A stretch of DNA of 64,000 nucleotides from Okamejei kenojei. Its lineage: Eukaryota. Positions 37,722-50,671 of the stretch are shown here, in pieces (positions within the stretch are counted from its first letter, which is position 1; every line of letters starts with the position of its first letter). The notes under the pieces were generated by a model. The model was given only the letters and a program-made list of their open reading frames with translations. It was not told where the DNA came from and made no database searches. Both the position numbers and the translations under genes were made by a program. Where the stretch lies: the NCBI GenBank assembly GCA_035221665.1, contig CM069166.1, positions 9,486,001-9,550,000 on the forward strand, written 5' to 3'.

Positions 37722-38830
37722 TCTGTAGTTACCTAACATTGGATAATTCAATTTTCTTACGGTTGGGTTGAAAGCTACCCAAGCAGAATGTGCGTTACTG
37801 TTCCTCCAGTTTATGTTTGGTTTCATTCTGGCAATGGAAGCAGCCCAGGACAGAAAAGACAATATGGGAACCGGAAGAGTTGAAATAGTTAGCAACCTCG
37901 CCGATGTGCAAGAGGCCTTATCAGGAACACCGAATGCTGTAAACATTAGACTAGGAGCATGTGCACCACCCACTCACCTGGAAGGGCTGTTGGGGTCACT
38001 GGATGGAGATGAGGGAGGAGGTATGGGAACACGTGTTACATCTCCTGTGGTTGCAGAAGGGGGGAGGGGGTTGGGAGGGAAGGGAACTAAGGAGTTGCAT
38101 CTCTACAGATGGTCTCTGCAGAAGGCAGGTAGGGGTGGGGATGGTAAGATGTCACTGGTGGTGGGCTAGCAGTAGAGATGACAGCAATGTCAGAGGTTGA
38201 TGTGTTGGATGTGGAGGCTGGTGAGGTGAAAGGCGAGGACCTGGGGAGCTTTACCCTTGTTGCATCTGGGGGCAAGGGAGCAAGAGCACACCCACGGGAC
38301 AAAGAGGAGTCCCAGATAAGGGATCCCTCTATGACAGCAGAGGGAAAACCAAGTTCACTAAAGAATAAGGGCTTCTCAAATGTCCTAGAATGGAAAGCCT
38401 CATCCTGGGAGCAGACATGGCAGAGACGGAGAAAGGTTAAGGGTGGGGATAGCGTCTTTGCAAGAGCTAGGGTGGGAAGGCAGACATAATTGGGACACAA
38501 GTGCCCATGGCTTCACCTTTAACTTGGAGAAAATGAGAGGAGTCAAAGGAGAAGATGTTGAGGGTGACGGTCGCTGAGAGTGTTAGAGGAAGGAAATTGA
38601 TTGGGTCTCAGTTCAAAGAAGAACCAGAAGGCCTTGAGACCTTGCTGGTGGGGGGTGGAGATGTAAAAGGACTGAACATCCATGGCAAAGGTGAGGCATT
38701 GGGAGCCTGGAAACTTGAAATATATTGAAGAGTTGAAGGGCATGCGAGGTGCCTCAGATGTAGGTCGGAAGGGACTCGCCAAGAGGGGATAGAATGGAAT
38801 CAAGGTACTTGGAGATGAGTTCCATGCATT
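37350..38830 (-). mobile_element. Decayed Penelope-like retroelement (RT fragment, GIY-YIG endonuclease, 3' terminal repeat)
   Basis: Minus-strand remnants FAMDVQSFYISTPHQQGLKA (RT), FLRLCHVCSQDEAFHSRT, and C-T-C-S-x-SNVYSIRCS-xx-GLLHIGE (GIY-YIG) near 37890-37985, followed by the same terminal repeat as the short elements. Confidence 0.85.
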
Positions 38831-39805
38831 GCAATATTGTGGATTTCTGAAAAGGTAAGCTTGGACAGAAGTAGATATGACAAATTACTTGGTACAATTT
38901 CCTTAGAAAGTTGGATGAATACCTAACAAGTATTCAACTCAAACTGGCTTCTTCTAGTGGATAGCACTCCTTTGTGAATGCTTCAAAAAAAATAAGAACA
39001 TCACTTGATAGGTTGCACAGTTACGTCTGATCCCTCCCCATTATGGTAAGCTACATTTGATTGTTAATGTCAGCTGCACTCAGTGGTAACGTTCTTTGCT
39101 GTGAATCTGATGGCTGTAGATTCAAGCCACTTCACGCAACCTAACCAACTCTGCAAGACTGTGAAGTGCTGCCATTTTGAAGACAATACTTCTAAATTAA
39201 GTGCCAACTAAGAACAATCCCAATGCACCTTTGCAGGACGTGCTGGGAAATCATTCAATGTTTTAACTAGCAAGGATTCATTAACCAGCATCAAGAAGAT
39301 TAACTAACCATTCATGTCATCGTTGGGCAAAAAACCTTACTAAGCAACCCACAAAAGTGACAAGACTCAAAACTAAATGTATTGCCCAGAAAGCACTTAA
39401 GGACATTGAGACCATGAACACAACATGGTTTGATCTTAAGCTGACTGATGGATGACATGAACTTGGACAAAAAAGACCACAATTTGACCAGCCACACTTG
39501 AATTTGCACTAATAAAGCTCTGTGAATATTTATAAACAAATCCTTCCAGCTGTTAAGCTACAAATTAATTCTGTCTTCCAAAGTCATGGATGTTTTTGCC
39601 CATTTCTCAGATACTTACTGTAAAGGGTTTACCTTTACATTACACTTAATTTTGCCATGGAAAGAATAACACAAAGGTCTGGCACGCAGACATCTGTAGA
39701 GATGCCATCAACTCTTCCCCCTTGGGTCATTATGACCCCAGGTCCATATATCCTTGAAATACATAATGCATTATCTTGCCCACCTATCACTAATTAAGAC
39801 CTTAC

Positions 39806-40237
39806 ACAGATTTATAGGTGACGTTGACCAATAAGATTCGGAAGTCAGCCCATTATTAGGACTCGAGGCCTGAGAAATCCCAGATGGCATATGCATTCCC
39901 ATGGTAACGTGCTTCAGTTTTTTCTGGGTTGACATTGAATGAGATGTTGATGTTTTCTTGTTGACTGGTGATCCTAATTTGAAATTGCTCTTTTCCGCTT
40001 TGAGAGCAGACACCTTTTGGTAGCTGTGCGCTTTCTTCATCGGTAGCATGGATGATAAAGCGTTCTGAATCCCCTTTTTCTTAATGAATTCATTCAGAGC
40101 TTCAATCGGAGATCCTTTGGAATCCATATCCACCGCTCCAAAGTGCCTCAAATGAGCTCGGGAATGGCTTGACAGCCCCTTCCGGGTTTCAAAGCAGGCA
40201 CCACACAACCGACAGCTTATGTGTTCACTGTTTACTG
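39806..40237 (-). CDS. WIZ: WIZ exon 4 (zinc finger CRLCGACFETRKGLSSHSRAH)
   Basis: cacag|CAG...CTG T|gtaag; 432 nt, phase 1->1; ends ...SPINL. Confidence 0.95.
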
Positions 40238-42284
40238 CTGTGAATGAAAGAGAGAAGTCGTATTTAACACCGTTTGAACGGCATCTGTGTTACATTCATT
40301 AACCTCTCACACACATCAACCTTGCTATTCCCAGTGCAATCTATGAAGAATTCTGCAGCTCCATGAAGTAACTCAATAACCCCATATTACAGAATTTATA
40401 TTTTCTGGTTTTAGAGCTGAAAAAAATGTTGGTCCTAGATCAGACTGACTCGTCTTGCTATTTGACGTTTAATCTCAATTCACCTGGAGTCACAATCAGA
40501 TCTTTAACCGAGTAGTCTCCCCAGTTGTGGATAGAATGCAAATTAAAATTAGCCAAAGATTTCATTCCTGGCCAGTAGACAGGAACTCTCGCTGGAAGAA
40601 GCATGTGTACCACAAACTCTGAGTGAGAATACTAGACACAGCTGATTCATCCATGCAGTTCAATGGGTTGCCAAACTGGGAGAGAGCTGGAAGGCTGCCA
40701 GCAAGCTCAGAACAACTGCCAAGAAATCACAAGTGCTTCCTCTGCTTTCTAGTCAACTCACATGATAAGCATAATTTCTTAACAGTATGGGTTAAGGTAA
40801 AGAGGGAGTGATAAATATCATCTGAGGTGCAACAGCAAAGGCACCAAGAACATCTCCAGGCCAAAAGTATGTCTTGCAAAATTGAATGAAAGGAAAAGTG
40901 AAAGTAAATAAAACTGAAGAATATAAAATACAACTGAAAAGCTGAGTCGAGCAGTTTTGCTAAAGGCAGCCTTTCCATGGTATGTTGTGGTAAGTATTGT
41001 AATCAGCAAATCCATTTAATTATTTGGGAAAAATAGAAATTAGAAAAAAAGAGAAAGATTGATATGAGCCTTGCCTGATTCGCAACTACTATTAAGCAAT
41101 TATGTCAGTTGATTAAGGAGCATAGTCCACATCCCAGATCAATAGATGTATAATGCCAAATGCACAACAGCCTGCCTGCTAATTCCAGCACTCTCATCAA
41201 AATTAAAACGGTAATGGTTGATGACGCAAAAGAACAAACAACAAACTAAGTCTCGAGAGAAACAGACAACCACCACCATTTTAAAATAAAGGTCCCAGAA
41301 GTACATAGAAACAAAGTACCAAAGACAAAAGGTTCCAAACCACACCCATGCATACAGGAGTATAAACAAAATATATAGAGCCAGGCAAGTACAAGAGCAA
41401 ATGTGAACAGCCTTAATTTGTGAAAGCAGTGTCATCTACAAAGTACAGTTTAAAAAGTCGGTGCCGTTGTTACGTTTGTGTATGAATCACGCCACAAAAT
41501 ACTTGGGTATTTTTAAAAATCAGTAGGTGAAGATAGTAAATGCACAAAGTAAGTTTCCATCAACCTTAGTATCTCAGACAGGCTAGCACTGAAATTCACC
41601 CAACCTTAAATGTATTTTTATATTTCCCTAATCCTTCATCTATCCCTGTTCATTCCTGACCAAAAGAAACAAAAGCCAAGAATTGTATTTATTTAAAATA
41701 AAATACCTTGGTATACTTTAAATAAGTGCAATAGAACTTAGAAAGTAAAATGAACGAATGCCACAAAGGCCCATGCCATGTGGCTGCTACAGCTAGTGTT
41801 CAAGAAGGCCAAGATATAAATTGCATTCTGCAATACTCAAGACACAGGTAGATTCATAGAGTCTGAAATGTGCAACTTTTGAAACATCTACATGGTACAG
41901 ATAAAGTCTACAACGTAATAACAGATTCTATGCATATCCTATGCTTATCTAAAAATAACTTTAAATCATAAAATATAGGATTGAATAAATGTAAACTTCC
42001 TGTGGGTGTACGAATCTTTTGGATTAAGATTATGCGTAAGAACATTTTATACTAAAAATGTGACCAAAATTTCATTGGGAATTCACAAAATCCTCAATAC
42101 ATCACACCTCATTCACAAATGAATTCCAGTACCCTTAATCATATTAATGCTACTCTCAAAAGCTCATGTCTCCTGACAGATGAAAAATACACAATATTCG
42201 GTTCTAATGAAAGGTCTGTAGAAGATGGGATCAAGGGTATCGATGGTTTTCACTTAAACCAAATCCTACTGTTGCTAGAAACAG

Positions 42285-42595
42285 CAAAGGGTGGTGCAGC
42301 GGTACAGTTACTGCCTTACAGCACCGGGTTAGATCCCGACTACGGGTGCTGTCTGTACGGAGTTTGTACGTTCTCTTTGAGGGTTTTCTCCGAGATCTTC
42401 GGTTTCCTATCACACTCCAAAGACGTACAGGTTTGTAGGTTAATAGGCTAGGTAAATGCAAAAAAAACCCCAAAAAGCTTTTGTCCTTAGTGCGTGTAGG
42501 ATGGTGTTAATGTGCAGGGATCGCTGGTGGTCGCCGACCCAGTGGGCCAAAGGGCCTGTTTCCGCGCTGTATCTCTAAACACAAACTAAAACAAC
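42285..42595 (+). mobile_element. HE1/V-SINE-like SINE, near full length
   Basis: Head, GGAGTTTGTACGTTCTC core, GGGCCAAAGGGCCTGTTTCCGCGCTGTATCTCTAAAC tail. Confidence 0.85.
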
Positions 42596-43134
42596 GTGAA
42601 TAAAACAAATGGTAAAGCCTAACAGAGCACACAACCATGATGCATGCAGTTTAGCATAATGATTAATTCTTCTCCTTGCACAAATCACCAATGACAAAAA
42701 TTTTGCGCTTGTTTTAACAACAGAAATGTGCTGCATTTTTGTTTAACAGAACAATGGGTTTTCATTTAAAATGCAATCACCCTTAATTATACCCTTCATG
42801 CTATTGGTTACAGCCTTGCACTAAGATCTAATGAAATCTGCCACAATGCTGTCCATGTGTCTATGAGCAGTAATTATTCTACATCGCCACCTCTTTATAC
42901 CAGTAGACTTGGATAAAATAACAACATACTGTAACATATATTTCTTTACTAACAGAATAATCTACAAGTCAGACCGCCCTGGAAAAGCAGATGGGGTTTG
43001 TGTCAGTAGCCCAGAACATATGACTCTGAATTTTATGGTGCTGGAATGTAGCAACTTTTGCTTGCTCTTCCCAGAAAAAGATCTACCATGATCCGATACA
43101 ATTCCCTACTCTTACCTATATACATGGGTTTTAC

Positions 43135-43300
43135 TTAGAAACATAGAAAATAGGTGCAGAAGTAGGGCATTCGGCCCTTCGAGCCAACACCACCATTCAA
43201 TATTATCATGGCTGATCATCCACAATCAGCACCCCGTTCTTGCTTTCTCCCCATATCTCGTGATTCCGTTAGCCTTAAGAGCTAAATCTAACTGTCTCTT
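43135..43300 (-). mobile_element. CR1 3' end fragment (same family as 51655-54227)
   Basis: TAGAAACATAGAAAATAGGTGCAG...GGCCCTTCGAGCC is the reverse complement of the CR1 tail. Confidence 0.8.
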
Positions 43301-43713
43301 GAGCCAAGTGAATTGGCTTGATTACATATATTTATAAATTATCTGTTCTGAATGGATAATGTGCAAAACTAAGCTTTTCACCGTATCTCGGTACACGTGA
43401 CAATAAAAAACCTAAACCTAACTAATCTAAGGTCTAGGATGAAGGTCCAGACAACTAGGCTAAGGACCAAAAAAAGGTGTTAGATAACATTTACAATAAC
43501 GAATATTACTGGCATCTGACTGCAATACAGCACAAAGTGAAATGAAGATCGATGTTGTGAAAGAAAATGTATTTTAATATCAGATTCAGCACAGCACATT
43601 AAATGACTTTCAGATATCAATTAAAATGAAAAGAATGCTCATACTACCGAGTTCAGCCAAGCACACACACACAAACTAATTGGATCAGAAATATGCAGCT
43701 CAGAAGCCACTCT

Positions 43714-43900
43714 AGGGTGGCACAGTGCCGCTGCTGGTAGAGTTGCTGCCAGAGACTTGGGTTCGGTCCTGACCTCAGGTGCTGTCTATGTGGAGTTTGC
43801 ACATTCTCCACATGACCACATGGGTTTCCTCTGGGTGCTCTCGTTTCCTCCCACATCTCAATGACATGTGGGTTTCCAGGTTATTTGGCCCTTGTAAGCT
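43714..43900 (+). mobile_element. HE1/V-SINE-like SINE
   Basis: GGGTGGCACAGTG...GGGTTCGGTCCTGACC...GGAGTTTGCACATTCTCC. Confidence 0.75.
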
Positions 43901-45913
43901 TATATAGGGAGATTGGGCAATATACAAGGGAAAAGGGAGAAGGTTATGGTGATAAATTCAAATGAGAAATGAGGTCTAGTGGAGCACAAATCTCAGCATT
44001 GACTAATTGGAGCCAATTGGCCCAATTCTGTCACATATGGCGTGCATATGTACATTAAAACAAAATCAAGAAATAAAAGCAATAACAGGCCATCCAATCC
44101 CTTAAGTTACTCAACAACTCAATAAGATCATGGTTGAACTGTACCATCCTACTGGTTCCATTGCACCCAACTCCCATGCTGACCAGGATTCTCTCCAAAC
44201 CTTGAACACAACTCATGATGCAGCTTCCATAGACGTGAGATAGAGAAAATCCCTCCCTATTGCCATATTAGACAAACAACCCTGAAATTCTGTAATTATT
44301 CCCTTTAGTTTTATATTCCAATACAAAGACATATGTAATAGGAATAAATCGTCACTTACCTGTCCTAATGGTGATCAAAACACTGTAGGAGGATATTTAG
44401 ACCCTGGAGCCTGTTCTGCCATTCAATAAGTTCCTCAATTTATCTATAGGCTCAATGAAATATCCTCAAAAAACATTACAGAACCTTACAAATGCCAGGA
44501 AATATACCCTTGTTTGCTTTGTTCTCCATAAAGTCCAAGGATATTTCTGGTAAATCTACTGCCCCAAGCTTTGCAGAAAATATAGCACTTAGTTCTCACA
44601 TTAGCATAGGCTAAACAAGACTTCATATATATGTGACATAACCTCCATCCATTGGTTTATCTTCTTAAAGGGAGGCATTTGTTTAGCCTTTTGACTTTCT
44701 TTAGCTATTCAGAACATTATTGAGTTGCAATACGAATCCTCTAGTTTCTTCAGAACTCTAACTTCTGGCTTTTCACATAAAGTAATAGAACTTCAAGGCG
44801 GATAACCTAATTTATTCACAGTGACATGAATATGCAAAAGTTTTGCCCATTTAATTTATTTATATCTAATGCAATGCTTTCAAGAACACTACCTCCTACA
44901 CGCAGCCTCCTTTGAGATGTGATGTTCTATCCAGAAATAAATTATTTATAGAAAATTATCACCAATAGAGATTGTAGAACATACGTAGTCACATGCTTCA
45001 AATTTGAGAGGTGACATCACTTCTACTTCACTTAGATTTTAGCTTTTAGTTTTAGAGATATGGTTATCTGCATTTGAAGTCTTACATTCATTTAGCTCAT
45101 TATCACTCCCATCCATTCCCCTCTTAGGCTTTACTAAGCTGTCGTCCTCAATTCAAGCAGAAATGCATCTGAGGAAATATGGAAGCATTGATACTAGACT
45201 GCCAAAGGAACAGATTGCAAATCAATTTACAAGATCATGCTGAAGGATTATATAAGGAAACAGAATAAAGATTGTATGGAAGTTATTTGTGCAACATGTT
45301 ATATAGGTCAAGGACTATTTCAGCTTCCATGAACATTATAACATCAAAGAAATGTCAGAAATCTGTAAAGTGCTATGGCTTTTATGCAAAGCTCTTTCAT
45401 CTAATTAATTTGGAAGCGGATCCATTAACTATTTTTCATTTACAATGATGCAAGATGTATTCTTGAAATGTATATGCAATGAACCCTGGGTAGGAAAGAG
45501 ACGTAGTATTTTGTTTCAAACTGAAGGAATTAAACATACTGCTCTATGTTATTGAAAAATCCAGATATGTGAACAAAGCCCAGAGTGTAAAATGCCTTCA
45601 TAGTGTAGCAACAAAAATCATCAAGAATGCTAAGGGCTTTTAAATTTCATAAGGGGCTAAAGGAAGACTATTGGCAATAACATCTTGACATTTTGGAAAA
45701 GAACCAGCAATGTGCAATGAATTCTGATTTCCTGTTGGCATTTCTATTCGTCCATATACACTCGTCCATATACACAAAAGTACAATCATTCATGTAAACC
45801 TCTGTGACACGCAACTTCTCCACCCCAATTTGACTAAATAGTAACTGATTTGTCTGATGACTCAATAAGTGAATTCAAGTTAGCTAACTCAATTTTGTAA
45901 CTGATGGGAGCTG

Positions 45914-45917
<4 letters not shown>

Positions 45918-45998
<81 letters not shown>

Positions 45999-46004
45999 TA
46001 TATA
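45918..46004. repeat. Compound (TA)n/(CA)n microsatellite
   Basis: Direct reading; about 55 nt inside intron 3 from the exon 3 donor. Confidence 0.95.
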
Positions 46005-46057
46005 CTGTGATTTTACAAATCAGATCACTTTCATGCCCAATAGTGACCATAACTTAC

Positions 46058-46570
46058 TGAGGTTTAAAGGTGTATTGTCATCTTGAGGAGACCAAAATAG
46101 TTTCTTTGACAGTAGTTCTCCTGACGTCTGAGGAGTGTTCATCAATGATCTACCAGCTTTCCCTTGCTCTGGAGATTTACTGGACACTGGCTTTGGTAAA
46201 ATGGGGTGCACTTTCTTGAGTGTTGAAGTCTGAGACTGACTCTTGGGTGGGCTGTTCATGCCCAACTTTGGCGATTTAGCTGTTGGTGGCGTTTCACCTT
46301 GACACTCCTCCCCGAGTGGTTTGCCAAGAGCCTCTTGTTTTAAACCAGACATGTCCTTTGGTGCATAGCTTTGTGGTTTATCATTAGCCAAAGCTGAGGG
46401 TAAAACATTAGGTATCCCTTTTCTTTTCATCAGTTCATACAATGTACCAATGGGGGCACCACTGCTTTCTGAATCCGGTACTCCAAACTGCCTCAGGTGG
46501 AAGCGTGCGTGACTCGACAATCCTTTACGAGTTTCAAAGCAGGTGCCACATAACTGACAGGAATTCAGCA
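46058..46570 (-). CDS. WIZ: WIZ exon 3 (zinc finger CQLCGTCFETRKGLSSHARFH)
   Basis: tttag|TG...CTC A|gtaag; 513 nt, phase 1->1; ESSGAPI motif; ends ...TPLNL. Confidence 0.95.
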
Positions 46571-47419
46571 CTAAAGCAAAACAAAACAAACACAGTCAAT
46601 CCAGACAAAAAATGAAAATGTTGATAAATTCAAATAGATCTTAACAGTTAAAAAGCTGTACTTGGAGAGCCATGATCCTAAAATGTCCAAGCGTGAATAT
46701 AAACAACTTATATTACCTTTCCTAATACCCTGCAAAGTGGAACAAGTTACTCCATAAGAAGGTGACAAACATATTGGTTATGTACGCTATAGTGACAGAG
46801 GTGGCAAAAGATTACCTCGATAGAATAAAACCAAAAAGATAAAGAACTTCCTTCTTGCTATAACTAATTGCAAGACTTCTCCGGAATGGTGTCTTCTTCT
46901 ATTTCATGCCTAACGGCACCAAAGAGAGGTCAGATAAAAGCTCTTGCAGCATATCCATTCACAAATACAAAGACAGCACGTAAATTTGCCATGAATTAGT
47001 TTTCTTTTCGAAGCCTTCATCTTCTTACTAAAAGGATTTGACAAACATTGTTCCTTTACATTGTCTCCTCGGATAAACCCAAATAATCCCTCTCAATTGC
47101 TGATCCAGATGATTAAACGCTCCCTTTCTCACGCATTCTTTGACTGGCTGTTATTTTCATGTCGTCATCACATCATCTCCCTTGCTCTATTACTCTTTTT
47201 ATCTCTATACTCTGCCTTCCAATTAGGACAATCCAAACTGCTCTTGTTATATTTCTTATTAATAACAAAGATGTAGATTTAAAACTTTCCATCAAAATGT
47301 TATGGAACTAATTTCTCAGAGAGGTAGCAGCTTCAAGTACCCGTGTGTTAATATCTTAGACGACCTGTCCTAGCCTCAGCACATAGATATAATCACAGCA
47401 AAGGCATGCAACCACCTCC

Positions 47420-48012
47420 GCCTATTAGATGTTTAAAGAAATTTGGCACATCACCGAATACTGTAACAAACGTCTAGACACACTATAAAAACGTATTCTG
47501 ACTGCTTGCATCATGCCTAATATGGCATTTCTAATAGGAACACAAAAAGCTGCTGAGACTGATGGTTTCTGCCCGACTTATCGTTATCATGATCATCTAT
47601 GAGGAACTGCCTCAAGTAGGTGCTATCTATCTTCAAAGATCTCCGCCATCCGGGCCATACCCAGTTCCTGTTGCTACCGATGGGCAATGAGGTACAGAAG
47701 TGCAAGTCCCATACCACCAGGTTCAGGAACAGCTACTTTCCTACAAGCATCAGATTCTTGAACGGACTCATATAACCTTAATCCTACCTCGGCACAGAAC
47801 ATTATGAACCATTTCTTTCTCTACCATGGATTTTCATTCTAATTGTGTTTTGCATTAATGAATTGGTTTTTTTTAATGCAGTATTTTTCTTTTCACAGTC
47901 TTGTATAATTTATGTTTTTTGCACATTGTCTGTGTTGGTGGTGATGCAGCTACAAATGAAATGTTCACTTTACCTGTACCTCACTGTACAATGTAACAAT
48001 AAACTTGACTTG
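47420..48012 (+). mobile_element. Rex1/Babar-like LINE 3' fragment
   Basis: Remnants ILTACI..YG and TTRFRNSYFPTSIRFLN; ends AATAAACTTGACTTGA. Confidence 0.65.
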
Positions 48013-48723
48013 AAGTAGACAGTACTGGAAATCATCAGCTGATTGACCTGATGAGCATCTGCAGTAGCTCGGATTTCCAGCAACTACCATTTTTATACAA
48101 GTTTCACCTGCAGATTTTATCCCTACATGTACAACCTTCCTTCCAAGTTTACTTTCAGTAAATACATGCCTAAAACAAGGCAAAGTATGATTGATCAGTG
48201 ATCAAATTTCGAACTCTATTGGCTCTTTCTGCATGTTGAACAAAAAAAAGTTACATTGTTATTACAGCATAGTTTTTAAATCATTCCTTATACGGTAGTC
48301 AGGGTGTTCCCTAAAATCTTAACAGTTCATCTTTGTCATTTCTGGAAAAGATATGCTTTACAATATCACTTCTCAATAAAAAGACCCTTTGTGCTGTGTG
48401 ATATGTGTTGATTGCGAGTTGCCTGAGCAACCTACTTTTATCAGTGTCATTTATCAGTGGATTCAGGAATGTTTTTTGCAACTGCCACTTAATTAAAATA
48501 TTGTTTCATCCTTCCAATGACATCTAAAAATACATCACAGTAGCACATGTTTTTAACATGGGCTGATAATGTGCTGCTTTTCGATTGAAATGTCAAAACC
48601 TGTTCCTGTCTGTTCTCAGTAGGGTGTAAAAGATTCCTTCACACTATTTTGAAAGGGAAGAGGAGAATTATTTCTGGTGGCCTGGTCAGTCCTGGAGTCG
48701 CAATCGACATCACTAAAATAACT

Positions 48724-48899
48724 GGAGGCAGACAAAAATGCTGGAGAAACTCCGGGTGAGGCAGCATCCATGGAGCGAAGGAAATAGGCGACGTTTCGGG
48801 TCGAGACCCTTCTTCAGACCCATTAAAATAACTGTCCTGTCTATCATAAATACCTATCCCGCTGAGTTACTAGTTACTCCAGCATTTTGTGTCTACCTT
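48724..48899. mobile_element. Penelope terminal-repeat insertion flanked by 13-bp duplication CACTAAAATAACT
   Basis: Duplication at 48711-48723 and 48900-48912; a third variant copy lies at 48821-48833. Confidence 0.8.
48783..48824 (-). ncRNA. Minimal type I hammerhead ribozyme motif in WIZ intron 2 (sense to WIZ)
   Basis: Minus strand AAUGGGU-CUGAAGA-A-GGGUC UC GACCC-GAAA-CG-UC-GCCUAUU: intact core, stem II, 7-bp stem I with two G-U pairs; stem III reduced to the palindrome ACGU. Activity untested. Confidence 0.7.
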
Positions 48900-50671
48900 C
48901 ACTAAAATAACTTATCTGGTCATAATCATATTGTTATTTAGCAGAGGAATATTGTGTACAAATTGGTTACCATAAACGCTTTAATACAATAGTGACCAAA
49001 ATATTTTATTGGACCAGAGATGTCTTGAAATGGACACAAAGGGCAATGTGGATATATATAGTATTGTGTTGATGACCATCACAATTCCATTATTATGGGG
49101 AGGCACATGGGCGGTGAAAGAATCCGCGGGTAAAATAAATGCTGGTCATCTGAAGAAGGGTCTCGACACGAAGTGTCACCCATATCTTCTCTTCAGAGAT
49201 GCTGCCTGTCCCACTGAGTTACTCCTGCCTTTTGTCACTATTTTTGGTCATTTAAATACGTGCATCTTCAAGCTTGTTTCGGAAAAAATACCGAATACAA
49301 GCTGACATGATGGGAGATCCAAATCCATCGTAACATCCATCTGCATTTGTCTTCAGATCAAGTATGGCAAAGAACAACAAGCTAAGAAATTTCAATCCTG
49401 GGTAAGAATACAATCATTAACTCACTTACATGACTAACAGTTAGTCTAGTGAAGATGTAAGATTTCTACTATCTTCCCCTGAAGTGGCATTAATAATTAC
49501 ATTGACAAATTCGAGTTGCTGCATATTCAGCTTCACAAGAACCAAAACATTCAATGTCACCCCTGCAACTAGTTAAGCACAGGAGGCTTTCTCCCTATAC
49601 AGTTATTTCTAGAATGCGAACAACATTCTTGTTGTGCTGTACTTATCTACACAATGATTGCATGTGCACAGCATCAAAAGAGATTAGATTTATCTTAATA
49701 AAATAACCTAACAGTAAAGCATACCGTCTAAAAGACAAATGGTATTTTAGACAATTGACACTTTCAACACTAAATGCATTTTCACTTTCATGTGACAAGG
49801 TGCAAGTAATAAAGGTAACGTTCACATTCCAATTTAAACCCTGATGCGATATTAACAATGTTTCTGCTAAATGCTGCCAAATATATCCGATTTATTCCTC
49901 TACACAGTTCAGCTGCAAAGGCCATATTCCTCCCGTTTTAGGATAATGACCTAATTCAAAATGTCCAAAACACACCACTATAGATTGTTAAAAATAAAAG
50001 TAAAAATGTGTAGAAGAAATGGTAGAAAGGCTTTTCAACAGTTCTTACATCTATGGATTAACAAACCGATCCAGATAAGTGATACTGGTGTCTCAAAATC
50101 AAACACTCTTTGTGACAAGTATCATATTCAGCATTCATAGATGACATGCAGCAAGGCAAAATCCACCACATTCCTCCACACTCTCCAACAATAGGCCTCA
50201 TCTTCAAAAAAACACTGCCTCTTCATTTTCCATTTCCTACACAAGCCATTACTGTTCCAAGTGAAAATGTCGTGTACATTTCTGACCACACACTGTAAAC
50301 TGATTTTGAACAAGGTCAATGCAAGCAGTAGACAGATTTCATTCCATAACCCTGGGCTACAATTCAGTAAGAATCTCAAAGAAAACAAATCTTAAATTAC
50401 TGTTTCCGAATTGAAAGGAAAATCTAAACAATATAAGATGGAGGCTATTTGATCTCATCAATGGCATTCCCGATGCACATGGCACTGATGGAACAAGTAA
50501 ATTAAGCACCATACAGTAAGATGGTAACCTCCTCCACAAACTAATATAACATACAAATTAAATGCATTCCAGGCATCTTTCCATTGATTTTCATTATTAT
50601 CAAGTATTTTACTGGGTTCAAGACGATTCTTGTCATCTCTTCACTGATCAAGACAACTGTGGTAAACTTAC

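Larger units (their letters stand above)
48560..49060 (+). mobile_element. Deu-domain SINE fragment (SacSINE1/AmnSINE1-like), host of the hammerhead-bearing insertion
   Basis: GTAAAAGATTCC..CACTATTTTGAA...ACATCACTAAAA...TTATCTGGTCAT...AAATTGG resembles the recalled Deu central domain. Confidence 0.65.

Noticed and set aside
42285-42360. tRNA genes at SINE heads (also 3205, 25735, 43714, 55500, 56950)
   Set aside because: Only A/B-box-like remnants continuing into SINE cores; no cloverleaf.
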